Under the pieces are notes generated by a model, which saw nothing but the letters and a program-made list of their open reading frames with translations, had not been told where the DNA came from and did not search any database. From the human T2T-CHM13v2.0 reference genome, Homo sapiens: 64,000 nucleotides of DNA. Position numbers and translations under genes: made by a program. This document shows, in pieces, positions 23,618-44,530 of the stretch (its first letter is position 1; each line of letters opens with the position of its first letter). Location of the stretch: the NCBI RefSeq assembly GCF_009914755.1, contig NC_060925.1, one strand, 5' to 3'.

Positions 23618-25802
23618 GTGAGACTGATTCCGGTAACTTTGCCCAGGGAAGGGCGTCTAGGCGCCCATATCCACGGGTGGGCTCCGGGCTCGCAGTTGAA
23701 TTGAGGGCCATCGGGAGCCCTCATTATGCATCCCTGTCTTTGCTTCGGCACCCCAATTCTGAGTCCCTGTTAACTATCTCGTGGGGGAGTAGTGGGAGGC
23801 AGCACCAATTATCAGCACCCCCGCCCCCTTCCGGGAACCCCTCCGGCTTACCACGTGTCTATTACCTCTTTCCCCTGGGAAGGGGCAGGGGGCAGGGAGG
23901 TGACCCCATGTGGCAGAAACTAAGGTTGTATTGTGCTTGCCGGTGGGGGGAGGGCGAGCAGGCCGGCCAGGGAAGCACATGCCGGGCCTAAGCCGGGAGC
24001 CCAGCTCCTCCAACGTCTGAATGGAGCTCAGAAGGCGGGAGAGAGTGAGGGCAACTGGCTACTGGACCCAAGGGGCGTAAAGCCGAGAAGTCAGCCTCAT
24101 CCCCTTTTTAATGCAGACCTCACCTGGCTGGTCACTAAAAACTGGGTTTGGCAGATCCCTGAAGGATCCCTGTGGGGGCTTGAAAGCTCAGGACTGGGGT
24201 CTTTGCTGTCCAGTTCCCGTGAGGAAGGAAAACCCAAAGAGCCCAGGCCTTCCTTACATTCCTGGGCCAGGCTGGGAGGGAAGTCGGTAGGTCGCAACCC
24301 CAAGTTCTCAGTTAAAGCAGGGCAGCACAGTAGGGGGTGAAATTCAGTGTCGCAGGGCAGGGGGTGAAGGGAGGCTGGCCTCTGGTCCTATTCTCCGCTT
24401 GGCATTTATGGCCCCAGACAGCCATTGATTGCTGTCTTAACATTCCTGGCCTCAAACAAGGAGCCAGAGACTTCAGGTCTCCCTCCTCCCAGGCTTCCCC
24501 TTCCTGAATATCCTAGAGGCATTCCGGTGGTCCTGGGCCACCAGCTACCCATAAAGACCATGGAAAGGAAGTTGCTTGCTGCCTATGGCCCTTCCATCTT
24601 TGGAGGTTTGGGACTGGATCTGGAAAGAAGAAATTGCTAATCCCAGATCGTGTAGGTTGACACCCAGGCCGGGCAGGGAGGGGTTACTTAAGGGAGGTTG
24701 GCTTTAGGAGGTGTGGGGGAGGGGAAAGGAGGATGTGGGGATTAAGGGTTGGAGCCTGAAGGGATGGCATTCTTTGGGGGAGGGGTAGAGAAGGGAGATG
24801 CTGGATGGACTAGTTGGAGGCAGCAGGGACGTCTTTGAGCACAGCCTTCAGTGAGGAACAAACAAGGGAAATAGACGCAGGGAGATGGGGAGCCACCACT
24901 TACTGTTGGGGCCATGGGGTCAGTGGGCTACTTGAACATCTGCCAAGAGGACCTGCAGCAGGATACTGAGCTGCCCCTTTGCAGCACCCTTATTCCCCCA
25001 ACCCCCCATTAGACAGCTAGTTTCCCACTAGTGGCTTTTCTCCCTTCTCTGTCTCATTTACATATGTGAATGATAACCCACAGGAAGTAATTGTGGGAGA
25101 AAGAAGGGAATTGGCCTTTTTAGATCTATTAAATCACTTTATTACAGGAACCAGCTTTGAATGGCCCTCCTCAGCAGGGTAGCAAGCCTCCCCCACTCTC
25201 CCATTTATCTGATCACAAAGAGATTAAAATCTTTCCTGGTCTGGGGACTGGACAGCTCCCCCAACTTTGGGAGGCTGGAATAAAAGAGTCAGACCCAACG
25301 TTTTCTCATCTCCCATCCAAAGGCTGCCAGATAGGGAGGGGCTGAGGGGAATGTATCCCCTCATCTTCTGGGTTCCTTGGTGATATACATACCCCAAGGA
25401 AGGTGTTTTCTTGTTTTGTTTGTTTGTTTGTTTGAGCAAATGGGGACTTGGGCCTCAGCAGGCTTCACCTTAGGATCTAGAGCAATTGGGAAACTATTGG
25501 ATGGCATAGAGCAGGCATTGAGTCTACACCATGCTGGGTCAGATGTGCTGGCTTGGAAATACTCTGGATTTTAGGCTCTTGGAACATCCAGGAACCCATA
25601 GTTGAGTAAGTTGTCAATAGGGAGCTGAGCTGGAAGAGAATTAAGAATTTGTCTCTCTAATCCCCAGCTCTTCCCATTCTACTCACAAAGCACAATGATG
25701 GGTGGAAATTCCCTGAGCCTTTACCTGGTAGCTCTGATAATGGTAGCATGCCAGAAAGGCTTGGGTCAGGGGTCCTCCAACCCCACCTTAACCGTAAGTT
25801 AG

Positions 25803-26212
<410 letters not shown>

Positions 26213-26711
26213 TAGTAAACACAGGATAAATTGTTTACTGGGGGAGGAGGAAAGTGTTCCCGAAGCAGAGGGTAAGAAATCTTTAACAAAACTTCCCATT
26301 CTTTGGCTGCTGGGGTTGGGCACCCTGGGGTTGGGGTGGGCTGGTGAGAAGGTAATTGTCCTAAGATAGCATCTACCAGAGGGAGGGGGTCAGGGAGCCC
26401 CTTTGCAAATAAAGAGGAAGGGGGAAAGGCAATTTAAAAACATTTTCTTTTCCTTTCCAAAGTTGGGGTTATTAGGATCCCAATGCCCTGTTAACTAATG
26501 TTCTTATGCTCTCTCCCAAATGCTGTAATATCCTCTTCAAGAGTAGATGAGTGGGGGGAAAAGCCCACCCCCAGCCAAAAACTAAGCAAAACGACAACAA
26601 AACAAAAAGCAAAGAGATTTCTATAACAACTCTTTTCCTTAGGTACACACCTTTAGATCTAGAAATCTGCCTGTCTCTAGAGTTAGGGAAATAGATAGCA
26701 AGCCCTTAAAT

Positions 26712-26926
26712 TAGAGTTTCTCGACTTCAGCACTATTGACATGTTTTGAGCAGGATAATTTGTTCTGGGGAGTCTGTCCTATGTATTATAGGATGTACAG
26801 CAGTATTCCTGGTCTCTACCCACTAGAAGCCAGTTGCATCTTAGGTATGACAACCAAAAACATCTCCATACATTGTCAAATGTCCCCTTGGAGTCAAAAA
26901 TCTCATCCCTGCTTGAGAAACACAGT
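26712..26926 (-). mobile_element. MER20 (hAT-Charlie DNA transposon relic)
   Basis: gcactattgaca...ctctacccactagaagccag...gacaaccaaaaacatctcca...aatgtcccc...ttgagaa matches the reverse complement of the remembered MER20 consensus. Confidence 0.8.
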
Positions 26927-27974
26927 TATATAGGAAAGCTGGAACAAGAAAGCTAAACTGTCAACTATTTTCCTGAGATTCATCAAGAATTCAAAAATCC
27001 TCATTTTGGGCCATTTTAAGAGTTTTGGCTTAACTCATGTTTCCTGTGGCTCAATTTGCAAACTCTCAAGATTTATAGAAATTTGGAGATAAGAAAAGTT
27101 CCCTGCTTTCCCATAGCTCCTCAGGACCCAGATATGTTTCAATCTCAAATATGTTTAAATTGGCTTTCTGGCTAAAATGCTATATTAGAAGACTTGGAGT
27201 CAAAAGCCCAGATTTGACCAAGGGACCAAGTTGGGTTAGGAGAAAAGGTTTTCAATACCTAGACAACTGCTGAAATTGCCCTGTAGCCAGGTGGCCTTCT
27301 TTTTCTAAAAGCCATGAGTGAGGAGGTGGTAAGAGCAACTTTATTCAGGGTCTAGGTTAGGACTGCTGGGTTTGGTGTTAGGGTTGCGGGGGCGGGTGGG
27401 GAAATATACGGAATCTTTCCTCCTGGTTTGTAACACTGCACCTCTGATTACTCACCTCATGTCTAGTTATTGAGGTACTGGTCTTATACCCTTCTCTATG
27501 TAACCCATAAGCTCTTTGAAGGGAGGAACTTAGCTGCCTGGTTAATTTTCTAGTATGCATTTGGTGGGCTGAGGAATGAATAAGAAAAGGGGCATCTTGA
27601 GGACCTTGGTGAATCAGAAGTACACTTAGCAGTCTGGGGTCCATGTTGGCAGAGATCTTTGTTCAGAGAAAAAGACTAGAGATACTGAGGGGTGTCAATT
27701 GTAGCTGCTCGCTTTCTGGGCTGGGCACAACATAGCACTATGAAAGTTTGTGGAGTGAATATGGGTAGATCACCACTCGGAGCCCAGAGAGGTTCCTCTC
27801 GTTTTTGTTGACAGAGTGGAAGCCACGGATTTAGTGGTCATCCATGAGTTATTTCTGTCTTAATAAGAAAAGGCAGCTTAAAAATAAATTGACTCGATTT
27901 TTCAGAAAGTTGGTAGAGAGGTAGGAAGGTTCATGAAGACATTGTGGAATCTTCTGGGGTCCTCTTCTTTCTGA

Positions 27975-32636
<4,662 letters not shown>

Positions 32637-33779
32637 TTAAGTGATAAGGAATCTGTGGTTCCTTCATCTTGATGAAGAGCATGTTTCATTTAAGTTCCAG
32701 TTTGGAATATTACCCCCCAGCCACCAGCATAAAATACGAATGCTACTTACTCATGTTCCCTTGAGCCAGGACTAGGTAAGTGCACAGTGATCCCTTTTGC
32801 TTCTCCATTTTCTATGACGACTACTCCTTGTTGACATATTTGACACTGTTGTTTTACTATAATAGATGAAGCTGTAATGAAGTCTATTCTGGGTAGGGTC
32901 TGAGATGCTGTCACCTCCGCTAATGTCAAGTTGGTGGTGCAGTAAGTGGCATGATAGAATGAGCTCTGAGCTTTAAATCAGGAACTCTGGGTTCATCTGA
33001 CCCTGGCTTTGCTACAGAACTAGCTGTATCAACAACTACTTTTTTTTTTTTTCTTGATGGCTGCTGGCTGTTTGCTAACTGCTTTATAAATATCAGTGTC
33101 CTTAAATTTTGGTACAAACGTGCAGTGTTCTAATAGGATTATTCCATACATATTGTTCTAAATCTTGCTTTTTGTTTTTTCTTTTAACAATATTATTTGG
33201 TGATCTTTCTCAGCTGAATGATTAAAAATCTGCCTCCTGTTTCATTAATTCATTCAAAAATGTGCTAGGCATTATTTCAGGTACCAAAATGTGGCTGTGA
33301 ACAAACCAAAGACTTTACGTTGTTCTTAATGGCTGCGTGGTATTCATTATTATAGATGTACCATATTTATTCAACCATTCCCCTTCAAATACACCAGTAG
33401 GTTATTTCCAATTTTTTTAAAGCAACAATGAGATACTGAGTATATGTGTCGTGCTAAGACTTCCTACTGATAATCTACTTATATTATGTTGTGTAATTCT
33501 TTTTTCTTAGTGATTTATGGTATATTTTTGTAGTTTTACCAGTCTGATTATCTGTCTTAACTTTTCAGTATTTTTCTTAACAATGAGGTGTTTAAATCCT
33601 CTGAAATGTATTTTGCATATGTATCATACAAAGTCTGTAGGAATATGACTTCCTTTCCCAATGGATTATTAATTTTTATAGCAGCATTTATTGAATTATT
33701 TTTCTTACCTATTGATTTCTCCATATATTCTCAAATCTCTGTGATTTTCCATTTTAATCCTCTGATCCATCTGCTTGGG

Positions 33780-37078
<3,299 letters not shown>

Positions 37079-37322
37079 TAAGAACTTTAAACCTGAATAG
37101 CTACAAAAATGTCATGGCATCTGCTTATATAATTACGATTTTTGTTAATGTACTGGTAGACTTTGTTGTTCTTAATCGTAGTGACTCTTTGAGTCAGTTT
37201 CCTTACCAGTAAAATAGGAGTACCATCACATTTGATTCCTACCCTACAGGAATAAGAGTTCCTTGTCTTTTGGTATAATAATGGAAATTAATGTTAAAAT
37301 TTACTGCATTTCCCTTCACCAG

Positions 37323-37507
37323 AGTAAGCTGCACATGGAAGGGTTCCGGAGCTTGAAGGAGGGTGAGGCAGTGGAGTTCACCTTTAAGAAGTCAGCCAAG
37401 GGTCTGGAATCCATCCGTGTCACCGGACCTGGTGGAGTATTCTGTATTGGGAGTGAGAGGCGGCCAAAAGGAAAGAGCATGCAGAAGCGCAGATCAAAAG
37501 GAGACAG
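37323..37507 (+). CDS. LIN28A: LIN28A coding exon 3 (185 nt; rest of CSD plus basic linker)
   Basis: Acceptor tcccttcaccag|AGT; SKLHMEGFRSLKEGEAVEFTFKKSAKGLESIRVTGPGGVFCIGSERRPKGKSMQKRRSKGD; donor CAG|GTATGG. Confidence 0.98.
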
Positions 37508-38261
37508 GTATGGATTGGAAGGCAGCTTATATAGGTTGCTAAGGGCATCCCCAGTCTCCCAATCCTGTCACTTTTTGGGTCACACTGCAAAAGACAAAGG
37601 GAAGCCTGTGGTCCCTGGCAGCATCTGGAAGGCTGAGCGCCTGCAATAGGTGTGGGCAAGGGCAGTAGGTGAGGAGGCCACTGGGGGTGACTTAGTGCTA
37701 CTTGGGACAAGTAAGTTTGCTCTGTGGTCTCTAAGCCTCAATTGTTAAGTGAGGCAGTGATACTAACATCCTAGGATGGTTTTAGAATTAAAGGAGATCA
37801 TAGATTTGCAAATGGTGGGACAAGACAGTATTATCTATATCTGTTGCTGCTTTACCAGGTCTGCAAATGGCTGGTTTCCTTAATCTTGCTTGGGCTTAAA
37901 GCCCCTTAGCTCTGAACAGATACTATAATTTGGCTTCTTTAATTTCTCCTATATTAAGGGTATGGAAGAATCTCTCCTATCCCCCAAGTTGCAGTTCCTA
38001 GTTGGGGTCAGTAACTTATATTTCTGGTATCTTGGTATTTTCAAGTTGACATGAATCTGAAGAGATCACCTAGACAATTAGATGTGGAAAGGACTTAGAG
38101 ATCATTTAGTAATAGTCCTCCTTTTGCAAGTGGGAAGTTTGGTCTCTGGGAAGGGAAGTAAGTGACAAACCTGTACCAGAGCCCAGGTGTCCTCATTCGT
38201 GGGAGGCATCTGGCCTCTTCTTGCTCCTTTCTCTTACTTTTACGATCTTGCTTTGTACTAG

Positions 38262-38478
38262 GTGCTACAACTGTGGAGGTCTAGATCATCATGCCAAGGA
38301 ATGCAAGCTGCCACCCCAGCCCAAGAAGTGCCACTTCTGCCAGAGCATCAGCCATATGGTAGCCTCATGTCCGCTGAAGGCCCAGCAGGGCCCTAGTGCA
38401 CAGGGAAAGCCAACCTACTTTCGAGAGGAAGAAGAAGAAATCCACAGCCCTACCCTGCTCCCGGAGGCACAGAATTGA
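38262..38478 (+). CDS. LIN28A: LIN28A coding exon 4 (217 nt; two CCHC zinc knuckles, TGA stop)
   Basis: Acceptor ttgtactag|G; CYNCGGLDHHAKEC and CHFCQSISHMVASC fit CX2CX4HX4C; TGA 38476-38478; total CDS 630 nt. Confidence 0.98.
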
Positions 38479-39080
38479 GCCACAATGGGTGGGGGCTATT
38501 CTTTTGCTATCAGGAAGTTTCGAGGAGCAGGCAGAGTGGAGAAAGTGGGAATAGGGTGCATTGGGGCTAGTTGGCACTGCCATGTATCTCAGGCTTGGGT
38601 TCACACCATCACCCTTTCTTCCCTCTAGGTGGGGGGAAAGGGTGAGTCAAAGGAACTCCAACCATGCTCTGTCCAAATGCAAGTGAGGGTTCTGGGGGCA
38701 ACCAGGAGGGGGGAATCACCCTACAACCTGCATACTTTGAGTCTCCATCCCCAGAATTTCCAGCTTTTGAAAGTGGCCTGGATAGGGAAGTTGTTTTCCT
38801 TTTAAAGAAGGATATATAATAATTCCCATGCCAGAGTGAAATGATTAAGTATAAGACCAGATTCATGGAGCCAAGCCACTACATTCTGTGGAAGGAGATC
38901 TCTCAGGAGTAAGCATTGTTTTTTTTTCACATCTTGTATCCTCATACCCACTTTTGGGATAGGGTGCTGGCAGCTGTCCCAAGCAATGGGTAATGATGAT
39001 GGCAAAAAGGGTGTTTGGGGGAACAGCTGCAGACCTGCTGCTCTATGCTCACCCCCGCCCCATTCTGGGCCAATGTGATT

Positions 39081-39089
39081 TTATTTATT
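39081..39089 (+). promoter_or_regulatory. AU-rich element nonamer TTATTTATT (TTP/ZFP36-type)
   Basis: Canonical UUAUUUAUU in a U-rich part of the 3'UTR. Confidence 0.6.
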
Positions 39090-39278
39090 TGCTCCCTTGG
39101 ATACTGCACCTTGGGTCCCACTTTCTCCAGGATGCCAACTGCACTAGCTGTGTGCGAATGACGTATCTTGTGCATTTTAACTTTTTTTCCTTAATATAAA
39201 TATTCTGGTTTTGTATTTTTGTATATTTTAATCTAAGGCCCTCATTTCCTGCACTGTGTTCTCAGGTACATGAGCAAT

Positions 39279-39286
39279 CTCAGGGA
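39279..39286 (+). promoter_or_regulatory. miR-125/lin-4 family 8mer site CTCAGGGA
   Basis: Exact complement of seed CCCUGAG plus A1; lin-4/miR-125 regulation of lin-28 is established. Confidence 0.9.
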
Positions 39287-39367
39287 TAGCCAGCAGCAGC
39301 TCCAGGTCTGCGCAGCAGGAATTACTTTTTGTTGTTTTTGCCACCGTGGAGAGCAACTATTTGGAGT

Positions 39368-39390
39368 GCACAGCCTATTGAACTACCTCA
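39368..39390 (+). promoter_or_regulatory. let-7 8mer site CTACCTCA with 3' supplementary pairing
   Basis: CTACCTCA at 39383-39390; GCACAGCCTA (39368-39377) pairs with let-7b nt 9-18 (with G:U) across a 5-nt bulge. Confidence 0.92.
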
Positions 39391-40135
39391 TTTTTGCCAA
39401 TAAGAGCTGGCTTTTCTGCCATAGTGTCCTCTTGAAACCCCCTCTGCCTTGAAAATGTTTTATGGGAGACCAGGTTTTAACTGGGTGGCCCCATGACTTG
39501 ATTGCCTTCTACTGGAAGATTGGGAATTAGTCTAAACAGGAAATGGTGGTACACAGAGGCTAGGAGAGGCTGGGCCCGGTGAAAAGGCCAGAGAGCAAGC
39601 CAAGATTAGGTGAGGGTTGTCTAATCCTATGGCACAGGACGTGCTTTACATCTCCAGATCTGTTCTTCACCAGATTAGGTTAGGCCTACCATGTGCCACA
39701 GGGTGTGTGTGTGTTTGTAAAACTAGAGTTGCTAAGGATAAGTTTAAAGACCAATACCCCTGTACTTAATCCTGTGCTGTCGAGGGATGGATATATGAAG
39801 TAAGGTGAGATCCTTAACCTTTCAAAATTTTCGGGTTCCAGGGAGACACACAAGCGAGGGTTTTGTGGTGCCTGGAGCCTGTGTCCTGCCCTGCTACAGT
39901 AGTGATTAATAGTGTCATGGTAGCTAAAGGAGAAAAAGGGGGTTTCGTTTACACGCTGTGAGATCACCGCAAACCTACCTTACTGTGTTGAAACGGGACA
40001 AATGCAATAGAACGCATTGGGTGGTGTGTGTCTGATCCTGGGTTCTTGTCTCCCCTAAATGCTGCCCCCCAAGTTACTGTATTTGTCTGGGCTTTGTAGG
40101 ACTTCACTACGTTGATTGCTAGGTGGCCTAGTTTG

Positions 40136-40143
40136 TGTAAATA
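40136..40143 (+). promoter_or_regulatory. Pumilio response element TGTAAATA
   Basis: Exact UGUANAUA match, ~40 nt from the miR-30 8mer. Confidence 0.55.
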
Positions 40144-40180
40144 TAATGTATTGGTCTTTCTCCGTGTTCTTTGGGGGTTT

Positions 40181-40188
40181 TGTTTACA
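40181..40188 (+). promoter_or_regulatory. miR-30 family 8mer site TGTTTACA
   Basis: Exact seed complement; further matches GTTTACA 39947-39953 and TGTTTAC 41435-41441. Confidence 0.7.
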
Positions 40189-40558
40189 AACTTCTTTTTG
40201 TATTGAGAGAAAAATAGCCAAAGCATCTTTGACAGAAGGTTCTGCACCAGGCAAAAAGATCTGAAACATTAGTTTGGGGGGCCCTCTTCTTAAAGTGGGG
40301 ATCTTGAACCATCCTTTCTTTTGTATTCCCCTTCCCCTATTACCTATTAGACCAGATCTTCTGTCCTAAAAACTTGTCTTCTACCCTGCCCTCTTTTCTG
40401 TTCACCCCCAAAAGAAAACTTACACACCCACACACATACACATTTCATGCTTGGAGTGTCTCCACAACTCTTAAATGATGTATGCAAAAATACTGAAGCT
40501 AGGAAAACCCTCCATCCCTTGTTCCCAACCTCCTAAGTCAAGACCATTACCATTTCTT

Positions 40559-41240
<682 letters not shown>

Positions 41241-41442
41241 TTAATTTTAATTTCTAATCCTAAAGTAAAGAGATGCAATTGGGGGCCTTCCATGTAGAAA
41301 GTGGGGTCAGGAGGCCAAGAAAGGGAATATGAATGTATATCCAAGTCACTCAGGAACTTTTATGCAGGTGCTAGAAACTTTATGTCAAAGTGGCCACAAG
41401 ATTGTTTAATAGGAGACGAACGAATGTAACTCCATGTTTACT

Positions 41443-41456
41443 GCTAGAAACCAAAG
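41443..41456 (+). promoter_or_regulatory. miR-9 site with extended pairing
   Basis: GCTAGAAACCAAAG versus miR-9-5p complement GCTAGATAACCAAAG (one-nt gap); 7mer-m8 ACCAAAG at 41450-41456. Confidence 0.75.
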
Positions 41457-41713
41457 CTTTGTGTAAAATCTTGAATTTATGGGGCGGGAGGGTAGGAAAG
41501 CCTGTACCTGTCTGTTTTTTTCCTGATCCTTTTCCCTCATTCCTGAACTGCAGGAGACTGAGCCCCTTTGGGCTTTGGTGACCCCATCACTGGGGTGTGT
41601 TTATTTGATGGTTGATTTTGCTGTACTGGGTACTTCCTTTCCCATTTTCTAATCATTTTTTAACACAAGCTGACTCTTCCCTTCCCTTCTCCTTTCCCTG
41701 GAAAAATACAATG

Positions 41714-41723
41714 AATAAATAAA
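41714..41723 (+). terminator. LIN28A: LIN28A polyadenylation signal (two overlapping AATAAA)
   Basis: AATAAATAAA followed ~40 nt later by GU/U-rich tgtttttg (41761). Confidence 0.85.
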
Positions 41724-42858
41724 GACTTATTGGTACTCAAACTGTCATCCCCTTGTCAGATGTTTTTGCCCTTCCGATAACTCCCACTTTCTTGGATTGG
41801 GACTCAGAAGTTTTTCTGTTCAGCCAGTTTGTTAGGAATGAATCTTGAAAGTTCAGTCCTCTTAGCACCTCATTACAGTGGATTTTTGTTTCTAGTTAAG
41901 GCCTCTTGTCCTTTCCTTGGAAGCTTCCACATTCAAGAGGGGATTAGGGGCTTGGCATGCATAAGAATGGGGTTGCCTGTGCCACTGGCTGGGATGAAAG
42001 GATGGGGCCATGGCTTGGGGCATGAGACCCTAATAATACTTTGTCCCCTACTCCTCAAAGCCTTTTACAAATCTTAATTAATTAACCGCTTGCAGCACCC
42101 CAAGGAGAGAAATGTGTTGTGGAACTGGGGAAATTGAGGCCAGAGGAGATTCACTGACTAGCTATAAATGCAACATTTTCTTTGAGCCAAAGTTTGCTAG
42201 CTTTTTAATGAACATCGAGTTTTTTTATATACATCACAAGTCATCAAGCAAGAACACTGAATTTTAAACATCTATTCCCACTAAGGGAAGGAGGATTTTA
42301 AAAAGGAAAAAAAAAAAACTTGATTGGAGGCAAACCAAGTATATTAACACCGTGCAAGGAAACAGGGAAACTGGTTTAAATCCTCAAGCCTGACATTATA
42401 AGAGTAAGGGTAAGAAGTTTCATAATCTACTCCAGGGACTTTGTGGCTCCTTAATTGTACCAAAAGTCAAAGCTGACAGTAGAACCTCATGAAGCAGCAA
42501 ACTACTAGTGGACTTCATTAAATTGTCTTGCTGCAAAATGAAGTAACTTGGACTGAAATTTACTCCCCAGGCTGCAAAGCAGGAAGGATGGAAAAGCTCA
42601 ACACTATTCATTTCTACTCATCTCTAGGGCTTTCTTTCATCATGTTGCTGTGTTAAAATAACCCCTTTCATTAGAAAGAGTGGAAGACATAATCAATTAG
42701 AAAGTGCCAATAAAACATCTCTTCCTTGCCTCATTTCTTTAATAATATTGTAAAATGAAATGCGACAAAAAGGTTCTTTGACAATTGTGAATTTTTATTC
42801 CACTCAAAACATAATACTACATAAAGTTGTATTATGCTTTGCAAGAAATACTGGTTGT

Positions 42859-43697
<839 letters not shown>

Positions 43698-43789
43698 TAG
43701 AAGTCATTCTTATGGCAGAAATCTTTCTGGCCTTACCCCTTCTCTTGAGTTCGTTGGGATAGGTCTTGGGAATCCACAAATCCTAAAAT

Positions 43790-44530
43790 ATGCGTGCCTT
43801 AAGTCGGCACAAAATAGATTAATATTCTGCGCGTCTGTAAGATTGGCTGCGGCTAGAAACTCCTTCCCAGACGATTAAATCCACTAAATAAAATACGAAA
43901 CGGTAACGAGATAATTTTTAAGAGTATGCACCAGTGCTCTAATGAAGCCCGGTTCTGCGGCATTCCAAGGTAAGGACGCTGCCTTACCCAGTCTCTCAGC
44001 AGTCCTAAGCTGCCTTCGACGGCCGAGAAGCGCCTCGATTCTTGCCCCTGGCTCATTTCCCTGGCGCGTTTTCCAGACGCCTCCGCTCCCAACGCTGGGC
44101 TCAACCCTGTCTTCCCCAGCTGGTCCCCCAGCACGTGGCCTGGAGCCCAGCCTCCCGCCCCGCTCGGTCACGTGAGCCTGGCTCTCACCCGCGCCGGCTT
44201 CCACACCCCGCGGGACTGAGAACCGCCCTCCCACTAGCTCGCAGGCGCAGGCGCAGGGCAGGGTCCCCTCAATTTGGGTGACGGAAGGGGCGTGTCGCAG
44301 CGCCCAAAGATGACGTGTTCTGCCAGCGCCACGTCATGAGGAAGTGCCGGCCCACTGAAGCCGTGGGGACGCGCCCAGCGGAGCTAATCAGGTGCCACTG
44401 AACTGAAGGGGTGAACTAGAGGAGAAGAGGGTGACTGGGCGGGGAGCAGCTGCGGGAGAAGCAAAGGGACGACTGAGGGAATAATCAGGAGACCACTGAG
44501 GCGTGAAGTACTAGGCGTGCGATAACTGAA
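43790..44530. promoter_or_regulatory. DHDDS: DHDDS CpG-island promoter
   Basis: CpG-dense. Motifs: GTCACGTGA 44167-44175 (USF/TFE/SREBP-type E-box), GCGCAGGCGCA 44245-44255 (NRF1-like), ETS-like CGGAAG 44282-44287 and GGAAGTG 44340-44346, paired TGACGTG sites 44310-44337. Confidence 0.85.
44340..44391 (+). other. DHDDS: DHDDS non-coding exon 1 (5' end uncertain)
   Basis: Ends at CAG|GTGCCA; joins acceptor ttgtttatccaag|ATTACC at 44906, as I recall from the DHDDS mRNA. Confidence 0.7.

Larger units (their letters stand above)
22300..24050. promoter_or_regulatory. LIN28A: LIN28A promoter / CpG island
   Basis: Dense CpG from ~22650 to ~24050. Motifs: reverse CCAAT (ctgattggcc 22322-22331), E-box CACGTG 22456-22461, G-tracts 22717-22735, SOX CATTGTC 22756-22762, TCF/LEF CCTTTGAA 22779-22786; no canonical TATA box seen. 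Confidence 0.85.

Noticed and set aside
23291-23704. 137-aa ORF containing LIN28A sequence
   Set aside because: It is exon 2 plus in-frame intron read-through from a TTG; the real boundaries are 23421-23617. The same applies to ORFs 37263-37649 and 38221-38478.
37320-37330. Donor-like GTAAGC right after the exon 3 acceptor (recursive splice site?)
   Set aside because: The GT is offset by one base (AG|AGT, not AG|GT) and is explained by Ser-Lys codons.
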